Positions 43,960 through 55,377 of a stretch of 64,000 nucleotides of DNA are shown piece after piece (the first letter of the stretch is position 1; the number at the start of each line of letters is the position of its first letter). The notes under the pieces were generated by a model. That model saw only the letters and a program-made list of their open reading frames with translations, ran no database searches and had not been told where the DNA came from. The stretch spans positions 341,515 through 405,514 of the forward strand of contig CAVTWU010000017.1 in assembly GCA_963738475.1 (NCBI GenBank). Direction: 5' to 3'. This DNA is from an uncultured Chloroflexia bacterium. Lineage in GTDB: Bacteria > Chloroflexota > Limnocylindria > Limnocylindrales > CSP1-4. The position numbers and the translations under genes are program-made.

Positions 43960-44151
43960 GTGCGCATCCGCTGGTTCATCATCGCGGCACTCGGCCTGGT
44001 CGGGCTGGTCTGGATCGGCCAGGGCACCGGGCTCATCCGTGGGTCGGGCTTCATGACGGACGACATCCGCTGGGCCGCGATCGGGGTCGTGCTGCTCGTG
44101 TGTGCGGTCGTCTTCGCCGTCATCGAGTACCGGCGCCGCCCGGCGGCTTGA
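43960..44151 (+). CDS. Small two-TM hypothetical protein
   Basis: AGGAGG SD; GLVWIGQG...GSGFM. Confidence 0.6.
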   Translation: MRIRWFIIAALGLVGLVWIGQGTGLIRGSGFMTDDIRWAAIGVVLLVCAVVFAVIEYRRRPAA

Positions 44152-44528
44152 GCCAGGCCGCCCACGTCGCCTCGTCGCGGCCGGCGGTCATCGCGTTGCC
44201 GTGGCGGACCAGCGGCTGACGCAGCAGGCGCGCATCGGCGAGCAGCCGCGCCACGATCTCCGGCGTCGTCGAGGCGCATGTGGGCGAGCCCGAGGTCCTG
44301 GTAGGCCCGGCTGCCGTCGTCGAGGAGCGCCCGCGCCCCGAGCTTCTGGACGAACCGCTGCAGCTCCCCGGCCGCGATCGCGCGCTTCTTGAGGTCCACG
44401 TGGTGGACGACGATCCGCCGCTCGCGGAAGAAGCGCAACGCGGCCCGCGTCGCCTGCGAATCGGCGGCCCCGAACACCTGGATGTCCGGCATCTTCTTGG
44501 TCTTCGTGTTGCCGAGCGGCGCAGGCAT
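44120..44528 (-). CDS. ArsC/Spx/MgsR-family protein (frameshifted)
   Basis: TRAALRFFRERR and LLRQPLVR; TAGGCT -10 lies 6 nt upstream. Confidence 0.75.
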
Positions 44529-44587
44529 CGCCACAGCCTAAAGGGCGCCGGCCCAGCGGGTACCATCGTGAGCACAGGAGGTGCCTC

Positions 44588-44873
44588 GTGACGGTCTGGT
44601 TCACAGTCAAGCTCGACGATCAGCCGGGATCGCTCGCCCGCGTCGCCACGGCCCTCGCGGAGCGTCGCGTGAACATCACCGGCATCGTCGGCGTGGCCGA
44701 GGACACCGACGGCGCGCTCATGCTCACGACCTCGGACGCGGCGCTCACCCGCGAGGCGTTCGCGAGCCTGGCGCTCCCGTTCGAGGAGCACGATCCCACC
44801 GGCGGCCGATGGGCCGATCCCGCCGACCATCGACCTCACCGCGGGCGCCGCCGGCCGAGGCTCGCTCGGCTGA
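44588..44873 (+). CDS. Small ACT-domain protein
   Basis: LDDQPGSLARVATAL..VNI; AGGAGG SD. Confidence 0.75.
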
Positions 44874-45551
44874 TGGCCAAACGCCGCGACCGCCGAGACG
44901 GCCGCCCTCCGCTTCGATGTCATCGACCGTCCCGAGGCGATCACGATCGTCGCGGACCGGGTCGCGAGCATCAAGGGCCGGATCCGCGCCCTGACGACCG
45001 TCCGGCGACTCGACGGCGAGCCGCCGCTGGTCGAGATCGAGCTCGAGGTCGAAGGCGTCTCCGAGTCGGACCTGGTCGCCGCGCTCGAAGGCCTCGACGA
45101 CGTCCGGACCGTCCACCTGACGCGCGCGCTGGATCGGGTCTTCGGCAAGCGGATCATCGTCGTCGGTGGCGGGGCGCAGGTCGCCCAGGTGGCCCTCGGC
45201 GCGGTCACGGAGGCGGACCGCCACAACCTGCGCGGCGAACGCATCTCGGTGGACACGATCCCGCTCGTCGGGGAGGACAACATCGCGGCCGCGGTCCGGG
45301 CCGTCGCCGACCTGTCGCGCGCCCGGCTGCTGGTCCTCGCCGGTTCGATCATGGGCGGCGACATCAGCACGGCCGCCGACGAGTTGCGGGCCGTGGGCAT
45401 CCCGATCATCGCGCTGAACATGGTCGGGTCCATCACGGACCACGTGGACCTCGTCGTCTCCGACCCGGTCCAGGCCGGCACGATGGCGGTCATGGCGGTC
45501 GCGGACACGGCCACCTTCGACCTGGAGCGCCAGCGCGGTCGCCGCTACTGA
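44873..45551 (+). CDS. ACT-like plus DUF5612-domain protein (frameshifted)
   Basis: FGKRIIVVGGGAQVAQVALGAVTEADRHNLRGERISVDTIPLVGE...LAGSIMGG...DPVQAG. Confidence 0.75.
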
Positions 45552-47299
45552 GCGGCCGGCGCCGCTACGCCGCGGTCGCCGATCGACCGGACCGCGACCT
45601 CCTCGGGAAGCCAGAACCACCGCAGTGATTCGAAGTCCTCGTCGGCCGGCCGCGGCTCGGGTTCCGGCGGCGGCCCGAGCGTCCCGACCGGATCCGCCAG
45701 GATCGCCTCCGCTGCGTCGAGGTACTCGGCCAGCCGCGACTCCGGCTCGCGGTGACGGTGCGCCTGATAGCGGATCGTGCCCGCTTCGTAGCGGATGTCG
45801 TGCAGCGACATCGGCGCCTCGGGCGACCCGGACGCATGCCGCCACAGGCCGGTCGCCGGATCGAAGCGGTACCACGGCAGCAGGCGCCAGCCCTCGCGGG
45901 CGACGAGGGCGACCGCTCGGACGAGGAAGTCGAACACGGGCTCGCTGATGAAGTAGTTGAAGTTGACCCGGATCCAGCCGGGCTTGATGCCCTCGCAGCC
46001 GCGCGAGATCGCGCGCTCGAACGAGTGCGATGTCTCGATGTCGATGCCCAGCAGGCGATGGCCGTACGGGCCGGCGCACGAGCAGCCGCCGCGCGACTGG
46101 ATGCCGAACAGGTCGTTGAGCAACGCCACGACGTAGTTGTGATGCAGGTACCGGCCGTCGTGGCGGACCGTGAACGAGACGATCGACAGCCGCGGGAGCT
46201 CCGGGTTGCCCAGCAATCCGATGGCCGGCTCGTTCCCCCAGGCGTCGATCGCCCGGTGGATGAAGGCCTCCTCGAGCGCACGGATCGCCTCGGTGCCGAC
46301 GCGCTCCTTCAGCTGGAACGCCAGGCCGGCCCGGATCGACTCGACGATGGCCGGGGTCCCGCCTTCCTCGCGCTGCTCCGGATCGGCGAGGTACAGGTGC
46401 TCGAGTGGGTTGACGTAGGCGACCGTCCCACCGCCCGGGGTCGCCGGCACGCGGTTGCGGAAGAGCTCGCGGCGGCCGACCAGCACGCCGGGCGTGCCGG
46501 GACCACCGATGAGCTTGTGTGGGCTCAGGACGATGGCGTCCTTGTAGTCCAGCTCGGCATCGGGACCGGCTCGATGCGGCGACATCTCGATCTCCACGTA
46601 CGGAGCGGCAGCCGCGAAGTCCCAGAACGACAGGGCGCCGTGACGATGCAGCAGGACCGAGATCGCCCGCGTATCCGACAGGATGCCGGTCACGTTCGAT
46701 GCGGCCGAGAACGAACCGATGCGCACCGGCCGGCCGTCGGTCTCCTCGAGGACGCGCTCCAGCATGGCCAGATCGATCCGACCGTCGGCGTCCTCGCCGA
46801 TGGTGATCACGTCGGCGATCAATTCGCGCCACGGCAGCTCGTTGCTGTGATGCTCGTACGGCCCGATGAAGACGACCGGCCGCTCGTCCGCCGGGATCTG
46901 CGAGCGCAAGGCGTAGCGGTCGTCGAGATCGGCCGGGATCCGGATGTTCAGGACGTCCACGAGCTTGTTGATCGCGCCGGTCATGCCGGACCCGCAGAAG
47001 ATGACCGCGTGCTCCTCCGTCGCGCCGACGGACGCACGGATGATGTCGCGGGCCTCCTCGCGGAAGCGCGAGGTCTGGAGCCCGGTCCCGGACGACTCGG
47101 TGTGCGTGTTGGCGTACAGCGGCAGGACCGCGTCGCGGAGGTAGTCCTCGATGAACGTGAGCGCGCGACCGGACGCCGTGTAATCCGCGTAGGTGACCCG
47201 TCGGATCCCGAACGGCCCGGCGACGGCCTCGTCGTCCCCGATCACGGCTGCCCGGATCTGCTCGACGAGGGCGGTCGGCGGATCGGCCAGGGCGCTCAT
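45545..47299 (-). CDS. Class V PLP aminotransferase/cysteine-desulfurase-like protein
   Basis: YADYTASGR, EHHSN, SPHK and QSRGGCSCAGPY motifs. Confidence 0.88.
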   Translation of the reverse strand: MSALADPPTALVEQIRAAVIGDDEAVAGPFGIRRVTYADYTASGRALTFIEDYLRDAVLPLYANTHTESSGTGLQTSRFREEARDIIRASVGATEEHAVIFCGSGMTGAINKLVDVLNIRIPADLDDRYALRSQIPADERPVVFIGPYEHHSNELPWRELIADVITIGEDADGRIDLAMLERVLEETDGRPVRIGSFSAASNVTGILSDTRAISVLLHRHGALSFWDFAAAAPYVEIEMSPHRAGPDAELDYKDAIVLSPHKLIGGPGTPGVLVGRRELFRNRVPATPGGGTVAYVNPLEHLYLADPEQREEGGTPAIVESIRAGLAFQLKERVGTEAIRALEEAFIHRAIDAWGNEPAIGLLGNPELPRLSIVSFTVRHDGRYLHHNYVVALLNDLFGIQSRGGCSCAGPYGHRLLGIDIETSHSFERAISRGCEGIKPGWIRVNFNYFISEPVFDFLVRAVALVAREGWRLLPWYRFDPATGLWRHASGSPEAPMSLHDIRYEAGTIRYQAHRHREPESRLAEYLDAAEAILADPVGTLGPPPEPEPRPADEDFESLRWFWLPEEVAVRSIGDRGVAAPAAQ

Positions 47300-47349
47300 G
47301 GGCGCATGGTAGTCCCTGCCACTCGCGGTCAGCGGGTACCCTGTCCGAG

Positions 47350-48271
47350 ATGCGCATCGCGACCTGGAACGTCAACTCGCTCAAGGCCCGCCAGGAAGCG
47401 GTCGAGAACTGGCTCGCCCGCGCCGAGCCGGACATCCTCCTGATCCAGGAGACGAAGCTCACCGACGACGACGCGCCCGTCATGGCCTTCGCGATGGCCG
47501 GCTACCAGTTCGTCCACCACGGCGAGGGCCGCTGGAACGGGGTCGCGATCGCGGCACGGAACGGGCTGGCGATCAGCGACGTGGTCACGAACTTCGGCGA
47601 CGGGCCGGTCCGCGACTCCGGACCCGGTGGTGCCGGCGGAGCGGGCGCCAGCGAGGACGACTTCGACCCGTTCGACGAGGCCCGGATGGTCGCGGCGACC
47701 GTCGACGGGCTCCGCGTCGTCAGCATCTACGCCCCCAACGGACGGGTCGTGGACTCGCCGTTCTACCTCGGCAAGCTGGCCTGGTTCGACCGACTGGCGC
47801 GCTGGGTGCGCGAGTCGGACGCGCTCGATGCGGCCGCGCCGCACGCCGGATCGCTGGTCATCGGTGGCGACTTCAACGTCGCGCCCGACGCCGATCGACG
47901 TCTGGGATCCGGTCGCGGTCCACGGCGGGACCCACGTGTCCGAACGGGAACGGGCGGCCGTCGCCACGCTCCTGGACCTCGGCCTGGTCGACGCCTACCG
48001 CGCCCGCCACGACGAGACGGGTCGCTACACGTGGTGGGACTACCGGGCGGGGATGTTCCACAAGAACCTGGGGATGCGCATCGACCTGCTGCTGGTCTCG
48101 GCGCCGGTCGCGGCGCGGGTGGTTGACGCCGAGATCGACCGCGACGCGCGCAAGGGACCGCCCGTCCCGTCCGACCATGCGCCGCTGCTGATGGACCTGG
48201 ACGAGCCGGGGCGACCACTGGCTGTCGACTGGACCGGCGCGCTCAAGCGGATCGCGGCGCGGACGCGCTGA
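47350..48271 (+). CDS. xth: Exodeoxyribonuclease III/AP endonuclease (frameshifted)
   Basis: TWNVNS, QETK, GDFN, YTWWDYR, RID and SDHAP motifs. Confidence 0.9.
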
Positions 48272-48280
48272 CCGCTCGTC

Positions 48281-49792
48281 CTAGGAGCTGATCGGGCTCC
48301 CGGTGATCGTGTGGCGCGGGATCCAGCCGGTCAGGCCGGCCGGGGTGCGCACCTGCAGGAAGCCCTCGTGGGAGCCCAGGATCTCCACCTCGTCGCCACG
48401 GTCCAGGCGACCGAGCTCGGTCGAGCGGAATTCATCCGGACCGTCGCCGATGCGCACGCTCCGGTAGCCGATCCGGAACCGCTCGTTGCCCTTGGCCGGC
48501 GCCTTCGCGGCGGCCTTGTCGGCGCCCTTCTTGTCGGCGCCCTTCTTGCCGGACGCCTTCTTCTCGGCGGTCGCCGCGGCCTTGGCGGCCAGGAGCGGTG
48601 AGATCGGGGGCGCGGCCTTCGGGGCGGGCGTCTGCGAGGACGGCGCGGGAGCGGGCTTGGGTGCGACAGCGGCCGGCGCGACCTTGACGGGAGCGGCCTT
48701 CGGCGGCTTGGTCGGCTTCGGGGCGGCCATCGGCCGGGCCTGTGGCGGTGCGGTCATCGTGGCACCGGTGGTGGCGCCCGCCGTCGCCCCGGCCAGGGCC
48801 AGGCCACCCAGGCCAGACCCGTCCTCGGCACCGCGCCGGCGGCGAGACACCATGAACAGGAGGAACAGGCCACCCAGGGTCAGGACCATCAAGGCGAGCA
48901 TCGGGTTCGGCCCCGAACCGCCATCGAGGGACGGCGAACCGTCGCTGCCTGCGACGCCGCCGCTGCCGCCGTTGCCGTTCTGGCCGTTGGTCGTCCCGCC
49001 GACGACGGCGGTGATCGGCGGCTCGCTGTCGGTCGGATCTGGCGAGGCGACCGTATCGTCCGGGGTCGCCGTCGGCGTGTCGGTCGCCGTCGGGTCGGGC
49101 GCGACCGTCGGCGTGTCGGTCGGGACCGCCGTCGGGTCGTCGGTCGCGACGGCCGTCGGCTTGGCGGTCGGCTTCGGGGTGGGCTTCGGGGTCGGGGCCG
49201 CGGCTCGAGCGGTCGGTTTCGGGGTCGGCTTGGGGGTCGGCTTCGGCGTGGGAGTCGGCGCCGCCGTCGGGGCGGGCGTCGGGGTCGGGGTCGGCGTCGG
49301 TGTGGGTGTGGGTGTCGGGGTCGGGGTCGGCGTCGGGGTCGGCGTGGGCGTCGGGGTCGGAGTCGGGGTGGCGGCCGCCGTGACGGTCACGGACCCTGGT
49401 TCGGCGCCGGTGCAGAAGATCCCGCCGGTCGAGCTGGCGGCTCGGAACGTGAAGTTGGTCGTGCCCAACGGCATGGTCCGGGTGATCGAGTAGACCGACC
49501 CGGAGCCCGAGCCGGACATCCCGTAGCTCGTGCCATTGAAGCGAAGCCAGACGTTCGCGGGCGGCTGACCCAGGCTGTCCGTGAAGGTCACCGTGAACGT
49601 GAAGTTCGTCGTCGTCGTGCCGGACCCGGGCGAGACGCCGCCCGCGGTGAGCGAGATCGTGTGTCCGCCGCCACCGCAGGTCTTGGCCAGCACCGGCGTC
49701 GCGAACCAGGCGAGCGAGACAGCCAGCCACGCGGCGAGCGCAAGGGCTCCCCCCAGCGTGAAGCGTGTCCCTCGTCGTGTTCGAACGTTCAC
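48281..49792 (-). CDS. Surface protein: signal peptide, Ig-like domain, PT linker, TM helix, C-terminal SH3b-like domain
   Basis: Intact 503-aa ORF; ends [13 protein letters not shown]...[11 protein letters not shown]. Confidence 0.75.
   Translation of the reverse strand: MNVRTRRGTRFTLGGALALAAWLAVSLAWFATPVLAKTCGGGGHTISLTAGGVSPGSGTTTTNFTFTVTFTDSLGQPPANVWLRFNGTSYGMSGSGSGSVYSITRTMPLGTTNFTFRAASSTGGIFCTGAEPGSVTVTAAATPTPTPTPTPTPTPTPTPTPTPTPTPTPTPTPAPTAAPTPTPKPTPKPTPKPTARAAAPTPKPTPKPTAKPTAVATDDPTAVPTDTPTVAPDPTATDTPTATPDDTVASPDPTDSEPPITAVVGGTTNGQNGNGGSGGVAGSDGSPSLDGGSGPNPMLALMVLTLGGLFLLFMVSRRRRGAEDGSGLGGLALAGATAGATTGATMTAPPQARPMAAPKPTKPPKAAPVKVAPAAVAPKPAPAPSSQTPAPKAAPPISPLLAAKAAATAEKKASGKKGADKKGADKAAAKAPAKGNERFRIGYRSVRIGDGPDEFRSTELGRLDRGDEVEILGSHEGFLQVRTPAGLTGWIPRHTITGSPISS
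49140..49372 (-). repeat. Coding (Pro-Thr)n / TPKP repeats
   Basis: Hexamer repeats gtcggg/gtcggc encoding TPTPTP. Confidence 0.85.
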
Positions 49793-49901
49793 TCGCTACC
49801 CATGCTTCCGGATGTGCCCTCACGCTAGGGGCACGGGCCGTCGGCGTCCGTAGGGGAAACGTCGCGCGAGCGCGGGTACTTTCGGGCGGCCGCCGCGACC
49901 G

Positions 49902-51427
49902 TTATCGAGGCCGACCGGGCAGCTCGTGGACGGTCGAGGCCGTCTCGCCGTAGAGGCGTCGGAAGAGCTCGTATCGACGGTCGTGCTCTGCGCGAGCGGC
50001 GGGACGGGCACGGATCGTGTCCGCGGTGGCCACCCAGTCGGCCAGGTCGCCCGGGGTCAGGAGGCCGGCTACGCGGCCTGCCAGGAAGGCATCGCCGCGA
50101 GCCGCACCGATCGTGGCGGCCGGGACGACCTGGTCGAGGCCGCACGCATCGGAGACGAGGCCGAGCAGGTGCGGATCGGCGGTGCCGCCGCCCACGGCGA
50201 CGACGCGCGTCACCGTCGCGCCGAGGTCGCGCATCGCCTCGATGTTGGACCGGGTGGCGTACGCGATCCCCTGGAGCAGCCCCGATACAGGTCGCCGCGG
50301 GTCGAGTGGAGCGACAGCCCGGCGACGACGCCCCGGGCCGCGGGTCGTTGATCGGGGTGCGCTCGCCCGACAGGTACGGCAGGAAGAGGAGGTCGTCCCC
50401 GGCCGTCGCGCCTGCGCCCTGCCGCCTCGGCGCCGAGGGCCGCGAACGCATTGACCCCGGTCGCGGCCTCGTCGGCGACCAGGTCCCGGGCGAACCGGTC
50501 GCGGAACCAGGCCAGCGCGGACCCACCGGTCGCCAGGCCGGCGGCGAGCGCCCACCGGCCGGGCTCCAGGCCCGCCACCAGCCAGAGCGGGTCGGCCGGG
50601 ACGGGCGCGGCCAGCACGAGCAGCAGGAACGTCGTGCTGCCGTACATGAGCATCAGGTCGCCCGGTTCCGTGGCGCCGACGCTCAGGGCTTCGGCCTGGA
50701 CGTCGACCGTCCCGACCGCGACCGGGATCCCGACCGGCAGGCCGGTCTCGGCCGCCGCTGCCGCCGTCACCGTCCCAAGGCGGTCTGCCGGCCACGCGAT
50801 CCGCGGCAGCCGATCCAGCGACGTGATGCCGTCGGCGAACCGGTCCGTCCAGGCCACGGTCCGAGGGTCGAACAGCGGGTTCCAGTGCGAGGCCGTGTGC
50901 GCATCGATCGCCAGCTCGCCGGTGAGCCTGAAGCCGAGGTATGTCGACGCGGTGACGTACCAGCGCGCCCGGGCCGCGATCTCCGGCTCATGCTCGTTCA
51001 GCCACACGATCTTCGGCCCGACGGCCTGGCTGGACAGGGCGTGCCCGGACAGCGCGGTGAGCGCCTCGGCGCCGTGACGTGCCTCGAGCGCGTGGATCTG
51101 GGCGGTCGCCCGCGTGTCGACGCCGTACAGGATCCCCGGGCGCAACGGCCGGCCGCGCTCGTCCAGCGGCAGCAGCGTCGGACCGATGGCGCTCAGCGCG
51201 ACCCCGGCGATCGCGTCTCCGGTCGGGACGGCGTCGGCCAGGCGACGGGCGACCGTGACGACATCCGCCCACCAGACCCCGTCCGCGTCCTGCTCGGCCC
51301 AGCCTGGCCGTGGGATGGCCATCGCATGGTCGGCTCGGGCGTCCGCGACGACCGAGCCGTCGGGCCGCACGAGGACGCCCTTCGTGCTCGCGGTCCCGAC
51401 ATCGATCCCGAGCAGCAGATCCGCCAT
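49902..51427 (-). CDS. FGGY-family carbohydrate kinase (frameshifted)
   Basis: GIDVGTASTK, PGWAEQD, LPYLSGERTP and VGGG motifs. Confidence 0.9.
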
Positions 51428-51433
51428 CTGGCG

Positions 51434-53038
51434 TCAGGCGCCCTCGACCCGACCGCAGACGTGGACGGCCAGGCCCATCGCCTCGAACATGGCCGCCTTC
51501 GTGTGGAGCGCCTGGTCCGCGCTGGCGGCATCGGCCCCATACGCGACCTGGATGTGGTTGGCCTTGTGGCGGGCCATCATCTGGTCGCGGGTGACCCCGT
51601 GCAGGACGGCGTGCATGATCGGCCACTGCGGGGTCGTCGACTGCCAGCGTCGTTCGGTCTCGGCCTCCGGCAGCTCCACCACCGTGCCGCGCCCGACGTC
51701 CGCGTGCAGGACGCCGTCCATGATGAAGACCCGGCTCCACACGATCTCGCCGGGCCGGCTGACGCCCTTGATCGTCCCGCCACCGAGCCCGAAGTAGACC
51801 GGCGGCTGGCGCTCGCTCACGGCGCCCGCGTAGCCACCCTCGAGGTGGGCCGGCGGCACGGCGCCGGAGATCTCGAACACCCACACGAAGTCGTCGCCGT
51901 ACTGGGCGCCCCAGCGCACGTCGTGCAGGGTCGTGGCCGGATCCAGGCCCAGCGCCGTCCAGACCCGGTTCGTGACGAGCGCGTCCACGGCGGACCCCTC
52001 GTCGACCTCGTTGAAGTGCGGGAGCGGGCGCCCCTCGTACAGCTCGGCCCCGCCGTCCAGGCCGCGGACCGGCGGCCGATCCGCGTCGTTGAGCAGGCCC
52101 TCCGCCAGGTCCGACGCCGGGGCCATGTCCTTGAGCCCCTGCTGGTACTGGATCCCGATCGCGTCGCAGCCGAACCGGTCGCCCATCCGGACCGCGGCGA
52201 TGTACAGGCGCAGCTGGTCGAGGACCTGGTCCTCGGTGAGCTCGGTGGCGCCGTCCTCGCCGAAGCGGAACGTCATCCCGCGGCCGATCAGCCAGTCGTA
52301 CGCGGCGCGGGCCTCGCCCGTGCTGACGAGCCGCATCTCGGCGACGAGCGCGGACTGGCTGAGACGCTCCTTGTACATCCCGGACGGGTTCAGCAGCTCA
52401 TCGTCCAGGATCGCGTTGTACATCCCCATGCAGCCTTCGTCGAAGACGCCGAGGATGGCCATCCGGTCGGCGAGCGTCCCGGCCAGGCTCCGACCCAGGG
52501 CGACCGCATCCGGCGGCAGCGCGGCCAGATCCAGGTCGCGCACGTGCGACGTGTCGTGGACGACACGGCCCTCGGCGATCCACGTCTCGATGGCGTCGTC
52601 CGCGAACGCGTCCGTCAGGTCCTCGCCCCAGACCGTGCTGTACGGACGACCCATCTTGGTCAGCGACGCGTTGATGTTGAGCATCCCGACGAGGCCCGGC
52701 CACGTCCCGCTCCAGTTGGCGACGGTCAGGATCGGGCCGCGATGGCGGCGGAGGCCCGCCAGGACGTGGTGGCTGTACTGCCAGACCGCCTCGGCCACGA
52801 TGAGTGGCGCGTCACGGTCGATGCCGGCGAAGACATCCATCCCCATCCGCTGGCTGGAGATGAACCCGTGGCCGGCCGGCGTCTCGGCCGGATGGCCGCG
52901 CCGGACGCGGACGCCGTGTCGCGCGAAGGCGTCGCCGACGTGGCCCTCCAGCTCCTGCTGCGCCGCCCAGCCGAGTCGGTTGGCGGTCTCGCGCAGGTCG
53001 CCACTCGCGATGAGGACGGCATCCCGGATGCGTGCCAT
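51434..53038 (-). CDS. L-fucose/L-arabinose isomerase-like protein
   Basis: ASGDLR, WPGLVG, DEGCMGM, GIQYQQG and HFNEVDE motifs; GGAGG SD. Confidence 0.75.
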   Translation of the reverse strand: MARIRDAVLIASGDLRETANRLGWAAQQELEGHVGDAFARHGVRVRRGHPAETPAGHGFISSQRMGMDVFAGIDRDAPLIVAEAVWQYSHHVLAGLRRHRGPILTVANWSGTWPGLVGMLNINASLTKMGRPYSTVWGEDLTDAFADDAIETWIAEGRVVHDTSHVRDLDLAALPPDAVALGRSLAGTLADRMAILGVFDEGCMGMYNAILDDELLNPSGMYKERLSQSALVAEMRLVSTGEARAAYDWLIGRGMTFRFGEDGATELTEDQVLDQLRLYIAAVRMGDRFGCDAIGIQYQQGLKDMAPASDLAEGLLNDADRPPVRGLDGGAELYEGRPLPHFNEVDEGSAVDALVTNRVWTALGLDPATTLHDVRWGAQYGDDFVWVFEISGAVPPAHLEGGYAGAVSERQPPVYFGLGGGTIKGVSRPGEIVWSRVFIMDGVLHADVGRGTVVELPEAETERRWQSTTPQWPIMHAVLHGVTRDQMMARHKANHIQVAYGADAASADQALHTKAAMFEAMGLAVHVCGRVEGA

Positions 53039-53058
53039 GGCCCCTCCCTCGGATCGGA

Positions 53059-54589
53059 TCAGTCGGCCGGGCGCTCCCGTCGGAGATTGCGTCGACGGCC
53101 ACCGCCGGCATCCGCACGGGCCGTCGGCTGCGGCGCGGGCGGCAGGACCGGCAGGTCCGTCTGCGACACCAGCCCGGACCGGATGATCGAGCGCAGCTCC
53201 TCCTCGATCAGCAGGTCGGTCTCGAGCGGCACGTACTCCGCGAGCCGGCGATCCACTTCCTCGCAGGCGCGCTGGTACGTGTCCTTGCCGCCGGCCCGCA
53301 GCCACGCCTCGCGGTTGTCGCGGTCCACGATCGCGCTGGGCAGGTACAGCTCCTCCGGCCAGTGGGCGGTGGTGTGCGGCGCCATGATCAGGTGCTGGTC
53401 CGCCATCAGCTGGTCGATCAGCTCGTTGACCGGCAGGTCGTCGGCGACCTTCACCTCGCGCACGAATCGAAGCGCCTGGGCGCACATCTCGTCGTCGAAG
53501 ACGAGCTTGGGCAGGCTGAACACGAGCAGGAAGTCCAGCATCCCGGGCCCGGACACCGAGTTCACGCCCGCCAGCGCCGCGATGAGCGCGCTGCCGAACG
53601 TCTCCGCCCCGGCCTGCGCGTCCAGGATCGGGCCGTCCGTGAGGGCCATGTACGACTGGGTCGGCAGGCCGAGGTACTTGGCGACCGCGACGTAGGCCGC
53701 GTCGAGCTGGAGCGCCTCGATGGCCGACATCGGCGAGCTGGCGATCTTCATGTGGAACGTGGCCGGCGCGCCACCGAACAGCACGGGCGCGCCCGGTCGG
53801 ATGACCTGGGCCATCGTGATCCCGGCCAGCACGTCCGCCGTGTGGAAGACCGTGGCCCCGACGACCGTGACCGGGGCGATGAGGCCCATCAGCGTGACCG
53901 GCACGATCTCGACCGGGATGCCGGCCTCGACGCAGTCGATCATGTTCTGGCACGAGTCCTCGCTGTACCGGAAGTTGCCGGTCGCGGTGATCGTGAAGAT
54001 GCTCATCGGGCGGGCGATGAGGTCCGCCTTGCCGTCGCGGAACAGCTCCATCATCGCGGCCATCCGCGGCACGCCGTGCTCCGTGAACGCCCCGGACACG
54101 ACCGGCTTCTTCGAGTTCGTCAGGGTCATGAACAGGCGCCAGGCGTCCGAGACCTGCGGCCTCGATGTCGTCGTTCGTCGAGAAGGCCGTGGCGAGGTAC
54201 GGGATGTTGGTCAGGCCGTCGCCCAGGCGCACGTACTCCACGAAGTCGGTGGAGTTCGCGAGGCGCGTCTCGCCGGTCCGGTGATCCAGGATCTTCAGCC
54301 CGGACGAGCCCGGGATGAAGTGGACCCGGTCGCCCCCGATGTCGGCGTGCGGGTTGCCGTCGCGGTCGTACAGCCAGAACGACGACGGGGCGCTCTCGAT
54401 CGCGGCCTCCACGACCTCGCGCGGGAAGTGGATCCGCCCGTTCGCGTCCAGCGGCAGCCCGTGGTCGACGAGCCGCTGGCGCATCTCCGCGCCGCGGATC
54501 TCCATGCCCGTCTCGGACAGGACGCGCATCGCCTCGTCGACGATGCGCACGATGAGCTCGGGCTCCAGGATGTTCAGGCTGGGTCGCAT
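53059..54589 (-). CDS. Trimethylamine methyltransferase (MttB/COG5598) superfamily protein, non-pyrrolysine type (frameshifted)
   Basis: [21 protein letters not shown] and GML...S..KLVFDDE motifs; no amber codon at the Pyl-equivalent site. Confidence 0.85.
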
Positions 54590-54678
54590 GCGCGCAAGCG
54601 TAGCGGGACGGCGGCGCGCTCGTATCCGACGCGGCCAGCGTCTCGACCTGCGTCGCGCCTGATGCGTCGCAAGTCGCC

Positions 54679-54705
54679 TGAGCGTTTCGGTCTGGCCAGG
54701 CGTCG
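54679..54705 (+). promoter_or_regulatory. ECF-type promoter TGAGCG-N16-CGTCG (copy 1, upstream of the sigma gene)
   Basis: Same motif and spacing recur at 56678-56704. Confidence 0.6.
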
Positions 54706-54815
54706 ATGTATCGGAGCCGATCAACGCCTCCTGCCTGGAGTCAGCCATCCTGTCACCCACGCTGTCGATCTCACTCGCGTCCTCGCCCGGCGGCGCACAG
54801 CCGGTCGAGCGCACC

Positions 54816-55377
54816 ATGGTCTCGATGGACGAGGAGGCCGCCGGGCGCGCGCCGTGGCTCGATGAGGCACACGACGCGGCCGACATGGTCGCGGACCTGG
54901 AGGCGCGGCACGGCCAGGCCCTGTTCGGGTTCGTCCGCCGGTTGGGACTGACGGACCAGCAGGCGGAAGACTGCGTCCAGGAGAGCCTGACCAGGCTGTG
55001 GGCGGAACTCCAGCGGGGCACGATCGTGGTCGATCCGAAGGGCTGGGCGTATCGAGCGGCCTATCGGCTGGCGATGGACGAGCACCGTCTCAGGCGCCGG
55101 GTCGCCGCGCTGGTCGCAAGGATCGGCGAGCGGACCGTGACGGCCTCCGCGGCCGGACGACCCGACGGATCGAGTCGCGGTCTGGCGGGAAGTGGATCGG
55201 TTGCCGCCGCGACAACGCCAGGTGCTGTACCTGCGATTCCGGGCCGACCTCCCATTCGACCAGATCGGCTTGATCCTCGGCATCACCGACAGCGCGGCGC
55301 GAAGCCACGCCACGCAGGCGATGCACACCCTGCGATCACGACTGGCGGCGCAACCCGGCAGTGGACCCGGCCGATGA
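54816..55377 (+). CDS. ECF sigma-70 factor (frameshifted)
   Basis: AEDCVQE and WAYRAAYR region 2; [13 protein letters not shown] region 4. Confidence 0.85.

Noticed and set aside
49140-49372. Tandem repeats (also 7435-7670 and 29838-30148) as a possible CRISPR or non-coding array
   Set aside because: Degenerate 6-24-nt units in frame within proteins, encoding PT, SP or GN linkers; no spacers or cas genes
53059-54589. Pyrrolysine recoding in MttB
   Set aside because: No in-frame TAG at the expected position and no pyl genes in the window
51434-55021. Apparent 1195-aa MttB-isomerase fusion in the ORF track
   Set aside because: Produced by a frameshift near 54150; MttB has its own stop at 53059 and the isomerase has its own SD and ATG at 53038
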